Source of the DNA: a bacterium
GTDB taxonomy: Bacteria; Margulisbacteria; WOR-1; O2-12-FULL-45-9; XYB2-FULL-48-7
Length of the DNA: 64,000 nt
Reading direction: 5' to 3'
NCBI GenBank assembly: GCA_043812655.1
Contig: JBDRLW010000046.1
Span: 8,452-72,451 of the forward strand
Shown here: piece by piece, positions 1 through 10,551 of the stretch
How the letters are laid out: the number at the start of each line of letters is the position of its first letter
How positions within the stretch are numbered: position 1 is the stretch's first letter
Program-made: the position numbers and the translations under genes
Notes under the pieces: model-generated
What the model was told of the DNA's origin: nothing
Databases searched by the model: none
The model's input: only the letters and a program-made list of their open reading frames with translations

Positions 1-2
1 CC

Positions 3-815
3 CTGGGCGGCGGAGTGATCGGCGACCTGGCCGGATTTGTGGCGGCAACCTATATGCGCGGGATCGATTATGTTAATGTCCCGACCACGCTGCTTGCCCA
101 AGTTGACGCGTCGATCGGCGGCAAGACTGGAGTGAACCATCCAAAATGTAAAAATCTGATCGGTTGTTTCTACCAGCCAAAGCTGGTCTATATTGACGTA
201 AAAACGCTAAGCACTTTGCCGGCCAGGGAACTGCGGACAGGCCTGGCGGAAGTAGTGAAATACGGCGTCATTAAAGACGCGGAATTCTTTAGGTTTCTTG
301 AAGCCAATGCCCACCATTTAAATACTAAAGCGTTTGAAGAAGAGGACACTAAGCGGGCGGCGCTAAAACTGTGGCAGTCGATCGTGACCGAATCGGCCCA
401 GATAAAAGCTGACGTAGTTGGAAAAGACGAGCGGGAATCGGGTTACAGGATGATCTTAAATTATGGGCATACTTTGGGCCACGCGATCGAATCGCTGACC
501 CGTTATCAATCTTATAATCATGGCGAGGCAGTGGCGGTTGGGATGGTGGGGGCGGCAATGGTAGCGGAGAAACTAGGGCTTTTAGACCAGGTTTTAGTTG
601 AGAGGATCAGGACACTGCCGCAAAAACTGGCTTTACCGGTCGAGATCAAAGGTCTATCGGCTAAAAACATCATCGCGGCCATGGGACTTGATAAAAAGGT
701 CAGTTCGGATAAAATAAATTTTGTTTTGCCGGAAAAGATCGGTAAAGTGGTGATCCGCGACGATGTTTCGCCTGACATTATAAAGCAAGTTTTAACAGGC
801 TTAGGTGCGAAATGA
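3..815 (+). CDS. aroB: 3-dehydroquinate synthase (5' partial, begins before window)
   Basis: [60 protein letters not shown] motifs; frame open to window edge. Confidence 0.97.
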   Translation: MGGGVIGDLAGFVAATYMRGIDYVNVPTTLLAQVDASIGGKTGVNHPKCKNLIGCFYQPKLVYIDVKTLSTLPARELRTGLAEVVKYGVIKDAEFFRFLEANAHHLNTKAFEEEDTKRAALKLWQSIVTESAQIKADVVGKDERESGYRMILNYGHTLGHAIESLTRYQSYNHGEAVAVGMVGAAMVAEKLGLLDQVLVERIRTLPQKLALPVEIKGLSAKNIIAAMGLDKKVSSDKINFVLPEKIGKVVIRDDVSPDIIKQVLTGLGAK

Positions 816-1978
816 AAAGTATTGAAGAACAATTGGACATTATTAGTCGTGGCAGTGCCGAATTAATCCCTGCCAATGATTTTGCCAATAAATTAAAAGA
901 AGGAAAGTCGCTTCGGATCAAATGGGGGGCAGACCCATCAGCGCCTGATCTCCACCTGGGGCATACTGTTGTTTTAAATAAATTACGGCAATTTCAAGAC
1001 TTAGGACATAAGGTTGTGTTTATTATTGGCGATTATACCGCTATGATCGGCGATCCGACAGGAAAATCAGAAACCAGGAAAGCTTTCTCAAAAAAAGAGG
1101 TTGAAAACAATGCCCGGACATATCAAGCCCAGGTCTTCAAAATCTTAGATAAGAATAAGACGGAAGTTGTATATAACAGTAAATGGCTTTCTGGTCTCAA
1201 AATGGATGACATGATAAAACTGGCCGGAAAATATACCGTGGCGAGGATGCTTGAGCGTGACGATTTCAGTAAACGTTTTAACAGCCAAAAACCGATCTCG
1301 ATCCATGAATTCCTTTATCCTTTGATCCAAGGTTATGATTCGATCCTTGTCAAAGCCGATGTTGAAGTTGGCGGGACTGATCAAAAATTCAATATGTTAG
1401 TCGGCCGGGAACTGCAAAGGGAAGAAGGCTTAAATCCTCAGGTTATTTTGACTATGCCGATCCTGGAAGGGACTGATGGCGTTCAAAAGATGAGTAAGTC
1501 CTTAAATAATTATATTGGTATAACGGAGGCGCCCAAAGAAATATTTGGCAAAACAATGTCTATTTCGGATGTATTAATGCTCCGTTATTATGAGCTTTTA
1601 ACTGATGTAAGCTTAGATGAAGTTAAAGCCATGCATCCGAAAGAAGCGAAGATGAAGTTGGCTAGTTTGTTAGTTGGTAAGTATTATGGGGAGAAAGAGG
1701 CAAGGAAGGCAGAAGAAGAGTTTGAGGCGGTTTTTAAGCAAGGCGGGTTGCCTGATAAGATCGAACTTTGCAAACTAGCCAAGAAAACGATAAATATTGT
1801 TGAATTATTGGCGGAGACAAAGCTGGCGCCGTCAAAAACCGAAGCCAAGCGGCTGATCAGCCAGGGTGGGGTATCGGTTGATAATGAAGTTGTTAAAGAT
1901 GAGAAGCTGGAAATTGATCTGTCTTCAGAGAAGCTGCTAAAAGTTGGGAAACGCAAGTTCTTAAAAGTTTCACATTAA
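812..1978 (+). CDS. tyrS: Tyrosine--tRNA ligase
   Basis: HLGH (HIGH) and KMSKS motifs, GGTDQKFN, C-terminal S4 domain. Confidence 0.97.
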   Translation: MKSIEEQLDIISRGSAELIPANDFANKLKEGKSLRIKWGADPSAPDLHLGHTVVLNKLRQFQDLGHKVVFIIGDYTAMIGDPTGKSETRKAFSKKEVENNARTYQAQVFKILDKNKTEVVYNSKWLSGLKMDDMIKLAGKYTVARMLERDDFSKRFNSQKPISIHEFLYPLIQGYDSILVKADVEVGGTDQKFNMLVGRELQREEGLNPQVILTMPILEGTDGVQKMSKSLNNYIGITEAPKEIFGKTMSISDVLMLRYYELLTDVSLDEVKAMHPKEAKMKLASLLVGKYYGEKEARKAEEEFEAVFKQGGLPDKIELCKLAKKTINIVELLAETKLAPSKTEAKRLISQGGVSVDNEVVKDEKLEIDLSSEKLLKVGKRKFLKVSH

Positions 1979-1984
1979 TAGTAC

Positions 1985-2013
1985 TTGACCTATCTGATCT
2001 GTTTTATTATAAT
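1985..2013 (+). promoter_or_regulatory. sigma70-type promoter of glycan cluster
   Basis: TTGACC (1985-1990), 17 nt spacer, TATAAT (2008-2013). Confidence 0.8.
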
Positions 2014-2040
2014 GTTCACCAGGTGAACATATAGTGAACA
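2012..2040. promoter_or_regulatory. Palindromic operator, probably for adjacent MarR-type regulator
   Basis: Perfect inverted repeat ATGTTCACC-A-GGTGAACAT (2012-2030) plus extra half-site GTGAACA (2034-2040) over the predicted transcription start. Confidence 0.7.
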
Positions 2041-2043
2041 ACA

Positions 2044-2589
2044 ATGGTTAATGAGAACGAGTTAAAAATAATTGATGCGATCTCTCTTGATAAAAATTTG
2101 ACCCAGCGGGAGCTTTCAGCCCGGACCAAGCTTTCACTCGGAGCGGTTAATATTATCCTTAAACGATTGGTTAAGCGTGGCGCGGTCAAGACAACCAATT
2201 TAAATGCCAAGAAAGTTGAATACCTGGTCACACCACAGGGTTTTTCTGAAAAAGCCAAAAAATCATACAATTATATCCTTAAGACTATCGATCTAGTGAA
2301 AATGGTTCGTGAAGAGATCGCTAAGATCGTTTTGGAGGAATATAATAATGGTCAGAAGAAATTTGTTGTTTTGGGAGATGATGATCTAGCTGATATTATT
2401 GAATTAGCCTTAAAAGGCTTTGATTACGAGCGGGTTAATGATCTCAAAGATTTAAAAGATAAAGATCCTTTGGTCTTAGTAAGTAAAAGCTCTGCTAAGG
2501 CCAACGGTTTTCGTTCGATCAATATAGCGGATCGACTGGGTGAATCTTATTGGGGAGTTGAACTACAGCCGTATGAAAAGGTCAGATAA
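2044..2589 (+). CDS. EPS-associated MarR-family winged-helix regulator with C-terminal Rossmann-like domain
   Basis: LTQRELSARTKLSLGAVNIILKRLVKRG...YLVTPQGFSEK pattern; heads a polysaccharide cluster. Confidence 0.85.
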   Translation: MVNENELKIIDAISLDKNLTQRELSARTKLSLGAVNIILKRLVKRGAVKTTNLNAKKVEYLVTPQGFSEKAKKSYNYILKTIDLVKMVREEIAKIVLEEYNNGQKKFVVLGDDDLADIIELALKGFDYERVNDLKDLKDKDPLVLVSKSSAKANGFRSINIADRLGESYWGVELQPYEKVR

Positions 2590-3319
2590 TAACAGGGAAC
2601 AGGAATTGGTTGGGTTGAGTAGATTGCTGGAAGGGACAAGCGATGGCCGCAATCCGCACCTTGATTCTGATATGGGAGCCTCCCGATACATCGATAATGC
2701 GAATACAATAAAAAGTTGTTTGCCTTCTGGCAAAATATTTGATTGGGGCTGCGGACTTGGGCAAATGACTTATTTCTTGAAAAATCGTGGTTTCGATGTG
2801 GTTAGCTATGATGTAGATCAGGGGGGCAGAGATTTTCTGGCCGGGATTGGCCAAACTCTTATCTTGGCTACTGATCCAATTAAGCTTCCCTTTGCTGACA
2901 GTTCTTTTGACGCCGTCCTTTCTTCTGGTGTCTTGGAGCATGTTCCAGATCCCGCGGCTTCACTTAAAGAAGTGGCTAGAATAACTAAAAAGGACGGATA
3001 TTTCTTTGTTTTTCGGCTGCCCAATAAATATTCGTATATAGAATTTATTTCCGACATTATAGGTCGTGGCGACCATCAGGTGAAATACACAAAACCAGAA
3101 ATCGTTAAATTACTTAAAGAGAACGGCTATGAAATTGTCAGCCTTAATTATCAAGGCTTTTTGCCTTATAATTTAAAAGGTTTTCCTGGTTTTATCAGGA
3201 TGGGCTATCACTGGCTTGATCCATGGTGGCAAAAGATCGATCAACTCCTTTCAGCCTTGCCAATGATCAATAAATTGTCCACTAATATTGAACTTGTTGC
3301 GCGAAAAATAAGAAAATAA
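2573..3319 (+). CDS. Class I SAM-dependent methyltransferase
   Basis: IFDWGCGLG motif I, LPFADSSFDAV, VLEHVPDP; ATG at 2573 preferred over GTG at 2540. Confidence 0.85.
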   Translation: MKRSDNNREQELVGLSRLLEGTSDGRNPHLDSDMGASRYIDNANTIKSCLPSGKIFDWGCGLGQMTYFLKNRGFDVVSYDVDQGGRDFLAGIGQTLILATDPIKLPFADSSFDAVLSSGVLEHVPDPAASLKEVARITKKDGYFFVFRLPNKYSYIEFISDIIGRGDHQVKYTKPEIVKLLKENGYEIVSLNYQGFLPYNLKGFPGFIRMGYHWLDPWWQKIDQLLSALPMINKLSTNIELVARKIRK

Positions 3320-4765
3320 ATGGCACAAAGTACTACACAAAGAATAGCCAAAAACTTTTCTTGGTTAATGATCGCCAATATTGCTGGCGGGCTTATAAAT
3401 TTCTTCATGATCATTTATATCGCCAGGTTGCTTGGCTCTTCAGCTTTTGGCCTTTTCCAATTTTCCCAGGCCTTTCTATTATATTTGGTATTAATCGTTG
3501 ATTCTGGCCTGTCGGTTTACGGCACAAGGGAAATTGCCAAGGATCGGGCAAGTATAAACAAGATCGTAAGTAATGTTTTCGCCCTTCGTCTGCTTATCGC
3601 TCTAACGGTCCTGTTGATCAGTTTGTCTATACTTTTCATTATCCCGATCGCGCCGATGATCCGGACTCTTTTTTCCGTGACATTTTTACTGGTTATTTAT
3701 CGCGCGTTAAACTCTGACTGGGTTTTCCAAGGCCTGGAAAAAATGGAATATTTGGCTGTTTCCAAATTGATCTTTTCTGTCGCGATCCTTGTTTTTATCG
3801 TGATGTTTGTCAAAGGCCCAAGCGATTTAATTAAGATACCTTTAATCCAATTATTATGGGGATTATTGGTCGGGGGTTTATTCTTTCTGATCCTCTATCG
3901 CAAATACATAAAATTTGACATTAAAGAAATAGTGACCAACAACTGGCCGAGAATTGCTTTAATTTCTTTACCTTTAGGGGTTTCTGGTGTTTTGATGCTG
4001 ATCTACGATAACCTTGACACCATTATGCTCGGGATAATGACCACGTCGGCGACCGTTGGCATTTACAATGCCGCTTATCGGATATTTTATATATTTGCGG
4101 GGATATTTTCAATGTGGTTGGCAACGGCACTGCCTGTGATGTGCAAGCGTTTATCCCAAGATCAAGACAGGGCTAAAATATTTATCGAAAAATTCATTAG
4201 GCTGACAATGCTCTTGTTAATCCCAGTTTCTTTATTGGTTTGTCTGGCTTCTCCTATCATTATTAGTTTATTCTTTGGCAGTGGATACGTCCAAGCTGGC
4301 CTGGCATTAAGTGTTTTGATCTGGGCTTTAGTTCCTCTAGCTATCAGTAATACTTATGGCAGCCTGATCTTGATCCCAGCTGGTAGATTTAAACAGTTTT
4401 TGATTTCTGTTGGAGTTGGTGCGATGACAAATATTGCTTTAAATTTCATTCTTATTCCGCAATTCAGTTATATTGGCGCGGCGATCGCGACAATTTTAGC
4501 GCAAATATCTGCTGGGATAACCGCTTATTATTATGCCCAAAAAATAATCAAGCTGAATATTTTTGACTATTTATTTAAGCCAATTGTAGTTTTGACTCTT
4601 TCTTTTCTAGTATTTACAATAATATATTGGTTTACTCCTGGCCAACAACCAATACCGCAACTAATATTTAGTAGTTTAGGCTATTTAACAATGACTAGCT
4701 GGTTGATCTTTTGGTTAGAACGGGAGTTTCTTTTTGGCTTTATTAAGGAGATACTGCGAAAATGA
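3320..4765 (+). CDS. wzx: Wzx-like oligosaccharide flippase (MOP family)
   Basis: Polytopic membrane protein; RIAKNFSWL, YIARLLG, DTIMLG, VGIYNAAYR, LIPQFSYIGAAIAT. Confidence 0.88.
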   Translation: MAQSTTQRIAKNFSWLMIANIAGGLINFFMIIYIARLLGSSAFGLFQFSQAFLLYLVLIVDSGLSVYGTREIAKDRASINKIVSNVFALRLLIALTVLLISLSILFIIPIAPMIRTLFSVTFLLVIYRALNSDWVFQGLEKMEYLAVSKLIFSVAILVFIVMFVKGPSDLIKIPLIQLLWGLLVGGLFFLILYRKYIKFDIKEIVTNNWPRIALISLPLGVSGVLMLIYDNLDTIMLGIMTTSATVGIYNAAYRIFYIFAGIFSMWLATALPVMCKRLSQDQDRAKIFIEKFIRLTMLLLIPVSLLVCLASPIIISLFFGSGYVQAGLALSVLIWALVPLAISNTYGSLILIPAGRFKQFLISVGVGAMTNIALNFILIPQFSYIGAAIATILAQISAGITAYYYAQKIIKLNIFDYLFKPIVVLTLSFLVFTIIYWFTPGQQPIPQLIFSSLGYLTMTSWLIFWLEREFLFGFIKEILRK

Positions 4766-5808
4766 CCAAACCACTACTTTCGATCTGTATTCCAACTTAT
4801 AACAGGGCGCAGCTATTAAAACAGGCGGTTGAAAGCGTTTTGCGGCAAATAGACGAATCAATTATTGATGAAATAGAAGTAATAATATCTGACAATGCTT
4901 CTACTGATGAGACTTATTCAATTGTTCAGCAAATCAAGGATCAGTCAAAGGCGATAATTAAATATTATTTAAATAAAAAGAATGTTGGAGCCGAAAGCAA
5001 TTTCTTGCTGGCAGTAGAGCGGGCTTCAGGCCAGTACGCTTGCCTATTAGGCAGTGATGATTTGCTGGCGGATGGCGTACTTTTACGGCTAGTGCGGGAG
5101 ATCAAAAAATCGGATGGCATTGACATTTATTATGGGGAAAAGGAGGATTTTTATTTGTCACCAGACCAGCCAATGCGTTACCGTCCAATTATGCGCTATC
5201 CCCAGGAAACGATTTTTGATTTTAAGAAAAAAAACACTTTAGATGAATACTTTAAGGTTAATAAGAGATTGATTGCATATTGTAATTTCATCTCAAATGT
5301 AGTTTTTAACCGAGCAAGATGGCTCCAAGTCAGAGATAAAGATAAATTTATTGGGACTGAATATGTCCATGTTTATGTTTTTCAATCAATATTATGGGGG
5401 GAAAAACCGGGAGTAATGAAATATTTACCGTGGCCAATGGTGAAACGGCGATGGGGGAATGATGGGCCGATCGATCCTGGTAAAAGGCTAAGACAAGATG
5501 TATCAATGTTCCATATGATCGCTAATGAAGTGTTTACCGATAAAAAATACGTTCACCTGATTGACGACTTAGTTATTAGAAATGATGGGTTTTCTTGGGC
5601 CGTTAGGCTAAAGATAAATAATCCCAAACGTTATTTATTTAAACTTCTGCCTTTTTTGTTTAATATTTATAGTAATCATCTTCTGTTTTGGTTTAAATTA
5701 GTTCCTTTAGTTTTTATACCAAATTATTTGCTTAGGTTTATGAGGGGGTTATATCGAAAACAAGTTAAAGGTGAACCATTAGGAATGAAGGAACTAATGG
5801 TGAGCTAA
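4762..5808 (+). CDS. GT2-family glycosyltransferase (RfbV/abequosyltransferase-like)
   Basis: LSICIPTYNR, ISDNASTD, LGSDD motifs. Confidence 0.85.
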   Translation: MTKPLLSICIPTYNRAQLLKQAVESVLRQIDESIIDEIEVIISDNASTDETYSIVQQIKDQSKAIIKYYLNKKNVGAESNFLLAVERASGQYACLLGSDDLLADGVLLRLVREIKKSDGIDIYYGEKEDFYLSPDQPMRYRPIMRYPQETIFDFKKKNTLDEYFKVNKRLIAYCNFISNVVFNRARWLQVRDKDKFIGTEYVHVYVFQSILWGEKPGVMKYLPWPMVKRRWGNDGPIDPGKRLRQDVSMFHMIANEVFTDKKYVHLIDDLVIRNDGFSWAVRLKINNPKRYLFKLLPFLFNIYSNHLLFWFKLVPLVFIPNYLLRFMRGLYRKQVKGEPLGMKELMVS

Positions 5809-5860
5809 GGTATAATGGCGAAAATAAATAAGCTATAATTATTATTGTGGAGGTAGGACA

Positions 5861-6637
5861 ATGAAAGTCGTTATATTAGCTGGCGGATTAGGCTCCAGGA
5901 TCGGGGAAGAATCGGTTCTAAGGCCAAAGCCATTGTTGGAGATCGGAGAGAAACCAGTGCTTTGGCATATTATGAAAACTTATTCTCATTATGGGTTTAA
6001 CGATTTTATTATTTGTCTTGGTTATAAAGGCTTCCAGATAAAGGAATATTTTGCTAATTATTTCTTGCACGAATCGGATGTTACCTTTGATTTCTGTGAT
6101 GGGCGAAAAGAAGTGATACATAGACATGCGGCGGAAGCTTGGCGAGTGACATTGGTCAATACAGGGATGGGAACAGCTACTGGAGGCAGGATAAAAAGAA
6201 TAAAAAAATACTTACAGAATGAACCTTTTATGATGACCTATGGTGATGGCGTTTCTGACGTGAATATCAAGGACTTATTAAGTTATCACCAAAAACATGG
6301 CAAGCTTGCTACTGTGACAGCGGTAAAGCCAATGGGTCGATTTGGTGCGTTAAGTGTTGGGAAAAACAATGAAGTAAAGAGGTTCCAGGAAAAGCCAGAG
6401 GGGGATAAGGCTTGGATCAGTGGGGGGTATTTTGTTTTTCAGCCTAAAGTTCTTGATTATATAAAAGGTGATGAGATGTCGCTAGAAGGTGAGCCATTAG
6501 AAAAATTGGCAAAACAACGCCAATTAATGACTTATAAGCATAGCGGCTTTTGGCAGCCGATGGACACGCTACGTGAGCGCAAAATTCTAGAATCTCTTTG
6601 GAGTAGTGGCAAGGCTCCTTGGAAAGTCTGGGAATGA
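5861..6637 (+). CDS. rfbF: Glucose-1-phosphate cytidylyltransferase
   Basis: ILAGGLGSR, TYGDGVSD, FWQPMDTLRE, APWKVW; SD GGAGG upstream. Confidence 0.95.
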   Translation: MKVVILAGGLGSRIGEESVLRPKPLLEIGEKPVLWHIMKTYSHYGFNDFIICLGYKGFQIKEYFANYFLHESDVTFDFCDGRKEVIHRHAAEAWRVTLVNTGMGTATGGRIKRIKKYLQNEPFMMTYGDGVSDVNIKDLLSYHQKHGKLATVTAVKPMGRFGALSVGKNNEVKRFQEKPEGDKAWISGGYFVFQPKVLDYIKGDEMSLEGEPLEKLAKQRQLMTYKHSGFWQPMDTLRERKILESLWSSGKAPWKVWE

Positions 6638-7677
6638 ATTTTTGGCAAGATAAAAGAGTTTTTATTACCGGTCACACTGGATTTAAAGGTGCCTGGTTAT
6701 CTTTATGGTTGAATTTACTGGGAGCGAAAGTGACCGGTTACGCTTTAAAACCACCGACAACCCCTAATTTATTTGAGTTTTGTGAGCTTGAAAAGAAAAT
6801 GGAATCAATCATTGCGGATATTAGGGATTTGGATAAATTAAAGAGAGAAATATCAAAAGCAAAACCCGAAATTGTTATTCATATGGCGGCCCAGCCGATC
6901 GTTAGAGAATCTTATAAAGTTCCAGTTGAGACATTTTCCATAAATGTTATGGGGACCGTTAATATGCTTGAGGCTGTCAGAAGCTGCGAGGGGATCAAAG
7001 CTGTTGTTAATGTGACGACAGACAAAGTATATGAAGTCAGTAATGTGAATAGAGTAACGCGTAATGCGTACAGTGAAGAAGATCCACTGGGAGGACACGA
7101 TCCTTACTCAAGCAGTAAAGCGTGTTCCGAATTAGTATCGCAGGCCTATCAGCGTTCATATGGGATGAATATCGCGACCGCGCGGGCAGGAAACGTGATC
7201 GGTGGGGGAGATTGGGCGGCTGATCGTTTAGTCCCTGATTTTTTCCGGGCAGTATTAGCTGGGAAAAAGATGATGATACGTAATCCGAATGCGGTTAGGC
7301 CCTGGCAGCACGTTCTCGAACCGCTTCATGGTTATTTACTATTAGCAGAAAAATTGTATTGTTACCCAAGCAAGTATGATACCGCGTGGAATTTTGGGCC
7401 GAAAAAAAAGGATATAAAAACAGTGGAATGGGTTATTAATAGCTTATGCAAAGGTTGGGGGCAGGGAGCCAGTTATGAGGTTGATGGCAGCCAACATCCG
7501 CATGAGGCGGATTATTTGTGTCTAGATAATTCTAAAGCCAAAAAAAGCTTGGGCTGGCGACCGAAATGGGATTTGGAGACAGCGATGGACAAGGTAATTG
7601 AATGGACAAAAGCTTCACAGTCAGAAAAATACTTAAAAAGCGTATGCCTTGAGCAAATTAAAGAATATATAAAATGA
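6634..7677 (+). CDS. rfbG: CDP-glucose 4,6-dehydratase
   Basis: FWQDKRVFITGHTGFKG, DPYSSSK, RAGNVIGGGDWA, RPWQHVLEP; ATGA overlap with rfbF. Confidence 0.95.
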   Translation: MNFWQDKRVFITGHTGFKGAWLSLWLNLLGAKVTGYALKPPTTPNLFEFCELEKKMESIIADIRDLDKLKREISKAKPEIVIHMAAQPIVRESYKVPVETFSINVMGTVNMLEAVRSCEGIKAVVNVTTDKVYEVSNVNRVTRNAYSEEDPLGGHDPYSSSKACSELVSQAYQRSYGMNIATARAGNVIGGGDWAADRLVPDFFRAVLAGKKMMIRNPNAVRPWQHVLEPLHGYLLLAEKLYCYPSKYDTAWNFGPKKKDIKTVEWVINSLCKGWGQGASYEVDGSQHPHEADYLCLDNSKAKKSLGWRPKWDLETAMDKVIEWTKASQSEKYLKSVCLEQIKEYIK

Positions 7678-9314
7678 GAGTCCTCATTATTGTTCCAAGA
7701 GTGCAGTTGGAAGAAACGGTAAATTATAACTATCTATTTCCTTTAGGGCTGGCTTATATTACATCGGTTTTAAAAAAAGCTGGACATAAAACCACCGTTT
7801 TAAATCTTAATCATTTTTCGGGGAGTGTTCCACAGTTAATAAATGAACGGATCGAGCGGGAAGGTCCGTTTGATCTTGCTTGTACGGGCGGCATCTCCAC
7901 CATTTATCGGCAAGTAAAACTAATTGTCGAAGCGCTGCGTCTAACTCATCCAGAGGTTAAATTGATCCTGGGCGGCGGGCTGATCTCGAGCGAGCCGGAA
8001 CTGATGTTGACCGCCTTAAAGCCGGATTACGTTATCCTAGAAGAAGGGGAAGAAACTATCGTTGAGCTTTTATCTTGTCTTGATAAGCAGGGTGAGATTG
8101 AAAAGGTCGCAGGAATCGGTTATTCCGGGCCTGGTGATCAAATTATTATGACTAAAGCACGTTTGCCGATCGCTGATATTGATTCGATTCCCTGGCCTGA
8201 TTTTGAAGCTTTCGAATTTGATAAATATTTGGATCACATGCGTCCGTCTGATCAGGTTGGCTATGAATTATATGACAAGCCAAGGGTTTACCCGATCATT
8301 TGCAGTCGTTCTTGTCCATTTTCCTGCACTTTTTGTTATCATCCAATAGGAAAAAGATATCGACAGCGATCGGTCGCATCAATAATGGCCGAGCTTAAGG
8401 TCATGGTTAAACGTTATCGGATAAATATCATTGGCATCTACGATGAGCTTTTTTCTAATGACCGGAAATGGTTAAATGAGTTTTGCGCGCAGATAAAAGT
8501 TTTTCTTCTCGAGCTTCCCTGGGAATGCAAATGGGGTTGTCAGATCAGAGTAGATAAATTAGATGATGAGATGTTAAAGATGATGAAGGACGCGGGATGT
8601 TTTTCCTTGAGTTATGGCTTTGAAAGCTATAGTCCAGTTGTTTTAAAAAGCATGGAAAAGCATATAACGCCAGAGCAGATCGATCGGGCCGTAAAACTAA
8701 CAATGAAAAACAACCTAAGTCTTCAGGCAAATTTTATTTTTGGCGATCCGGCCGAAACAGTTAAAACCGCTAAGGAAACATTGGATTATTGGCGGGCCAA
8801 TGTGGGAGCGGGGATAATGTTGACCTTTATTAATCCCTATCCAGGGACGCCGATCTACCAAAAGTGCCTGGGAAAAGGGTTGATAAAGGATAAATTAGCC
8901 TTTATTGATAACCAGATCTTCGGCATACGGAACATGACTGACAATATGACCGACCGCGAATTCATCAGCTTGTGGCGTGATATTAACAAGGCTGTAATTA
9001 AAGATCGTGTTTACGCAAAAAAAATAGAGCTTGATCAAGCGACTGATGGCACTTATGTTGTTTCGGTCGAATGCCCCCATTGCAAAAAGACGATTAATTA
9101 TAGTAATTATCTGCTAAAATCAAAACAGTATTTTTCAGTGATGTTATATTGCCGTTCTTGCCGGCGACGTTTTTTTGCGGCATCGAATATGTTCAGGTTG
9201 GCTTTTAATATTCTTTTATTAATGTATTCTATTATGCCGGCCTTTTCATACAGATTTTATGAATATATTTGGCCAAGGAGATATATGATTCGAAAGGTAT
9301 TAAAAAATGCGTAA
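7674..9314 (+). CDS. Cobalamin-binding radical SAM protein with C-terminal Zn-ribbon
   Basis: PLGLAY, EGEE, SRSCPFSCTFC (CxxxCxxC), GFES; C-terminal CPHC...CRSC. Confidence 0.88.
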   Translation: MRVLIIVPRVQLEETVNYNYLFPLGLAYITSVLKKAGHKTTVLNLNHFSGSVPQLINERIEREGPFDLACTGGISTIYRQVKLIVEALRLTHPEVKLILGGGLISSEPELMLTALKPDYVILEEGEETIVELLSCLDKQGEIEKVAGIGYSGPGDQIIMTKARLPIADIDSIPWPDFEAFEFDKYLDHMRPSDQVGYELYDKPRVYPIICSRSCPFSCTFCYHPIGKRYRQRSVASIMAELKVMVKRYRINIIGIYDELFSNDRKWLNEFCAQIKVFLLELPWECKWGCQIRVDKLDDEMLKMMKDAGCFSLSYGFESYSPVVLKSMEKHITPEQIDRAVKLTMKNNLSLQANFIFGDPAETVKTAKETLDYWRANVGAGIMLTFINPYPGTPIYQKCLGKGLIKDKLAFIDNQIFGIRNMTDNMTDREFISLWRDINKAVIKDRVYAKKIELDQATDGTYVVSVECPHCKKTINYSNYLLKSKQYFSVMLYCRSCRRRFFAASNMFRLAFNILLLMYSIMPAFSYRFYEYIWPRRYMIRKVLKNA

Positions 9315-10551
9315 TGCAAAACAGCGGATACCTTATGCCGGCCGGGTTTATGATGAAAGAGAAGTTGATAACCTGATCGACGCGGCTAAAGAATTTTGGC
9401 TGACGGCCGGAAGATATGCCGATAAGTTTGAAAATGGTTTAGCCAAGTTCCTGAACATCAAATACTGTTCTTTGGTGAATTCAGGTTCTTCCGCCAACCT
9501 ATTGGCTTTTATGGCTTTAACCTCGCCCTTGTTAGGAAAGCGGAGGATCAAGCGGGGGGATGAAGTGATAACGGTTGCGGCCGGTTTTCCGACCACTGTC
9601 GCGCCGATCATCCAGTATGGCGCAATACCTGTTTTTGTCGATGTGGCTTTGCCTAGTTATAATCTTGATGTTTCTCAATTATCAAAGGCCTTATCAAAAA
9701 AGACCAAGGCTGTGATAATCGCCCATACTTTAGGCAATCCTTTTAATATCAAAGCGGTAAAAGCGTTTTGTGAGAAGCATGGGCTTTGGCTGATCGAGGA
9801 TAATTGTGATTCTTTAGGCTCGAAATATAATGGTCAATATACCGGGACGTTTGGCGATATTGGGACGTCTAGTTTTTATCCGCCGCACCATATTACGATG
9901 GGCGAGGGCGGGGCGGTTTACACTAATGATCGGTCATTAAATAAAATAATTAATTCGCTGCGTGATTGGGGGAGAGATTGTTCCTGTCCATCGGGCAAAG
10001 ATAATACCTGTGGGAAACGCTTTACCCAACAGTTTGGCGCGCTCCCATATGGTTATGACCATAAATATGTTTATTCTCATTTTGGTTATAATTTAAAGGC
10101 GACAGATCTCCAGGCGGCTATCGGCTGTGCGCAGCTGGAAAAACTACCGGATTTTATTAAAGCTAGAAAAAAGAACTGGCAGAAATTACGCGATGGGTTA
10201 AATGAGCTGTCAGATATTTTTATATTACCAGAAGCGGCAGATAATTCAGACCCAAGCTGGTTCGGCTTTCTTTTGACCGTGATTGAGAATTCTGGATACA
10301 AACGTGAAGATATTGTTAAATATTTAGAATCTAAAGGCATTCAAACCAGGATGTTGTTTGCTGGCAATATGATCAAACATCCTTGTTTTGATGAGATGAG
10401 GAAGAAGGGAGTAGGTTATAGGCAAATAGGGAATCTGAAAAATACAGAAATAATAATGAACCAGTCCTTTTGGATCGGAGTTTATCCCGGATTAACGGCA
10501 GAAATGACCGATTACATGATCAACCAGATCAAAGGAGTGTTGCATGTTTGA
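9307..10551 (+). CDS. rfbH: CDP-4-keto-6-deoxyglucose 3-dehydrase (E1, RfbH/DdhC)
   Basis: NSGSSANL, IEDNCD, SFYPPHHITMGEGG (His replaces PLP lysine), RDWGRDCSCPSGKDNTC, GYDHKY. Confidence 0.93.
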   Translation: MRNAKQRIPYAGRVYDEREVDNLIDAAKEFWLTAGRYADKFENGLAKFLNIKYCSLVNSGSSANLLAFMALTSPLLGKRRIKRGDEVITVAAGFPTTVAPIIQYGAIPVFVDVALPSYNLDVSQLSKALSKKTKAVIIAHTLGNPFNIKAVKAFCEKHGLWLIEDNCDSLGSKYNGQYTGTFGDIGTSSFYPPHHITMGEGGAVYTNDRSLNKIINSLRDWGRDCSCPSGKDNTCGKRFTQQFGALPYGYDHKYVYSHFGYNLKATDLQAAIGCAQLEKLPDFIKARKKNWQKLRDGLNELSDIFILPEAADNSDPSWFGFLLTVIENSGYKREDIVKYLESKGIQTRMLFAGNMIKHPCFDEMRKKGVGYRQIGNLKNTEIIMNQSFWIGVYPGLTAEMTDYMINQIKGVLHV

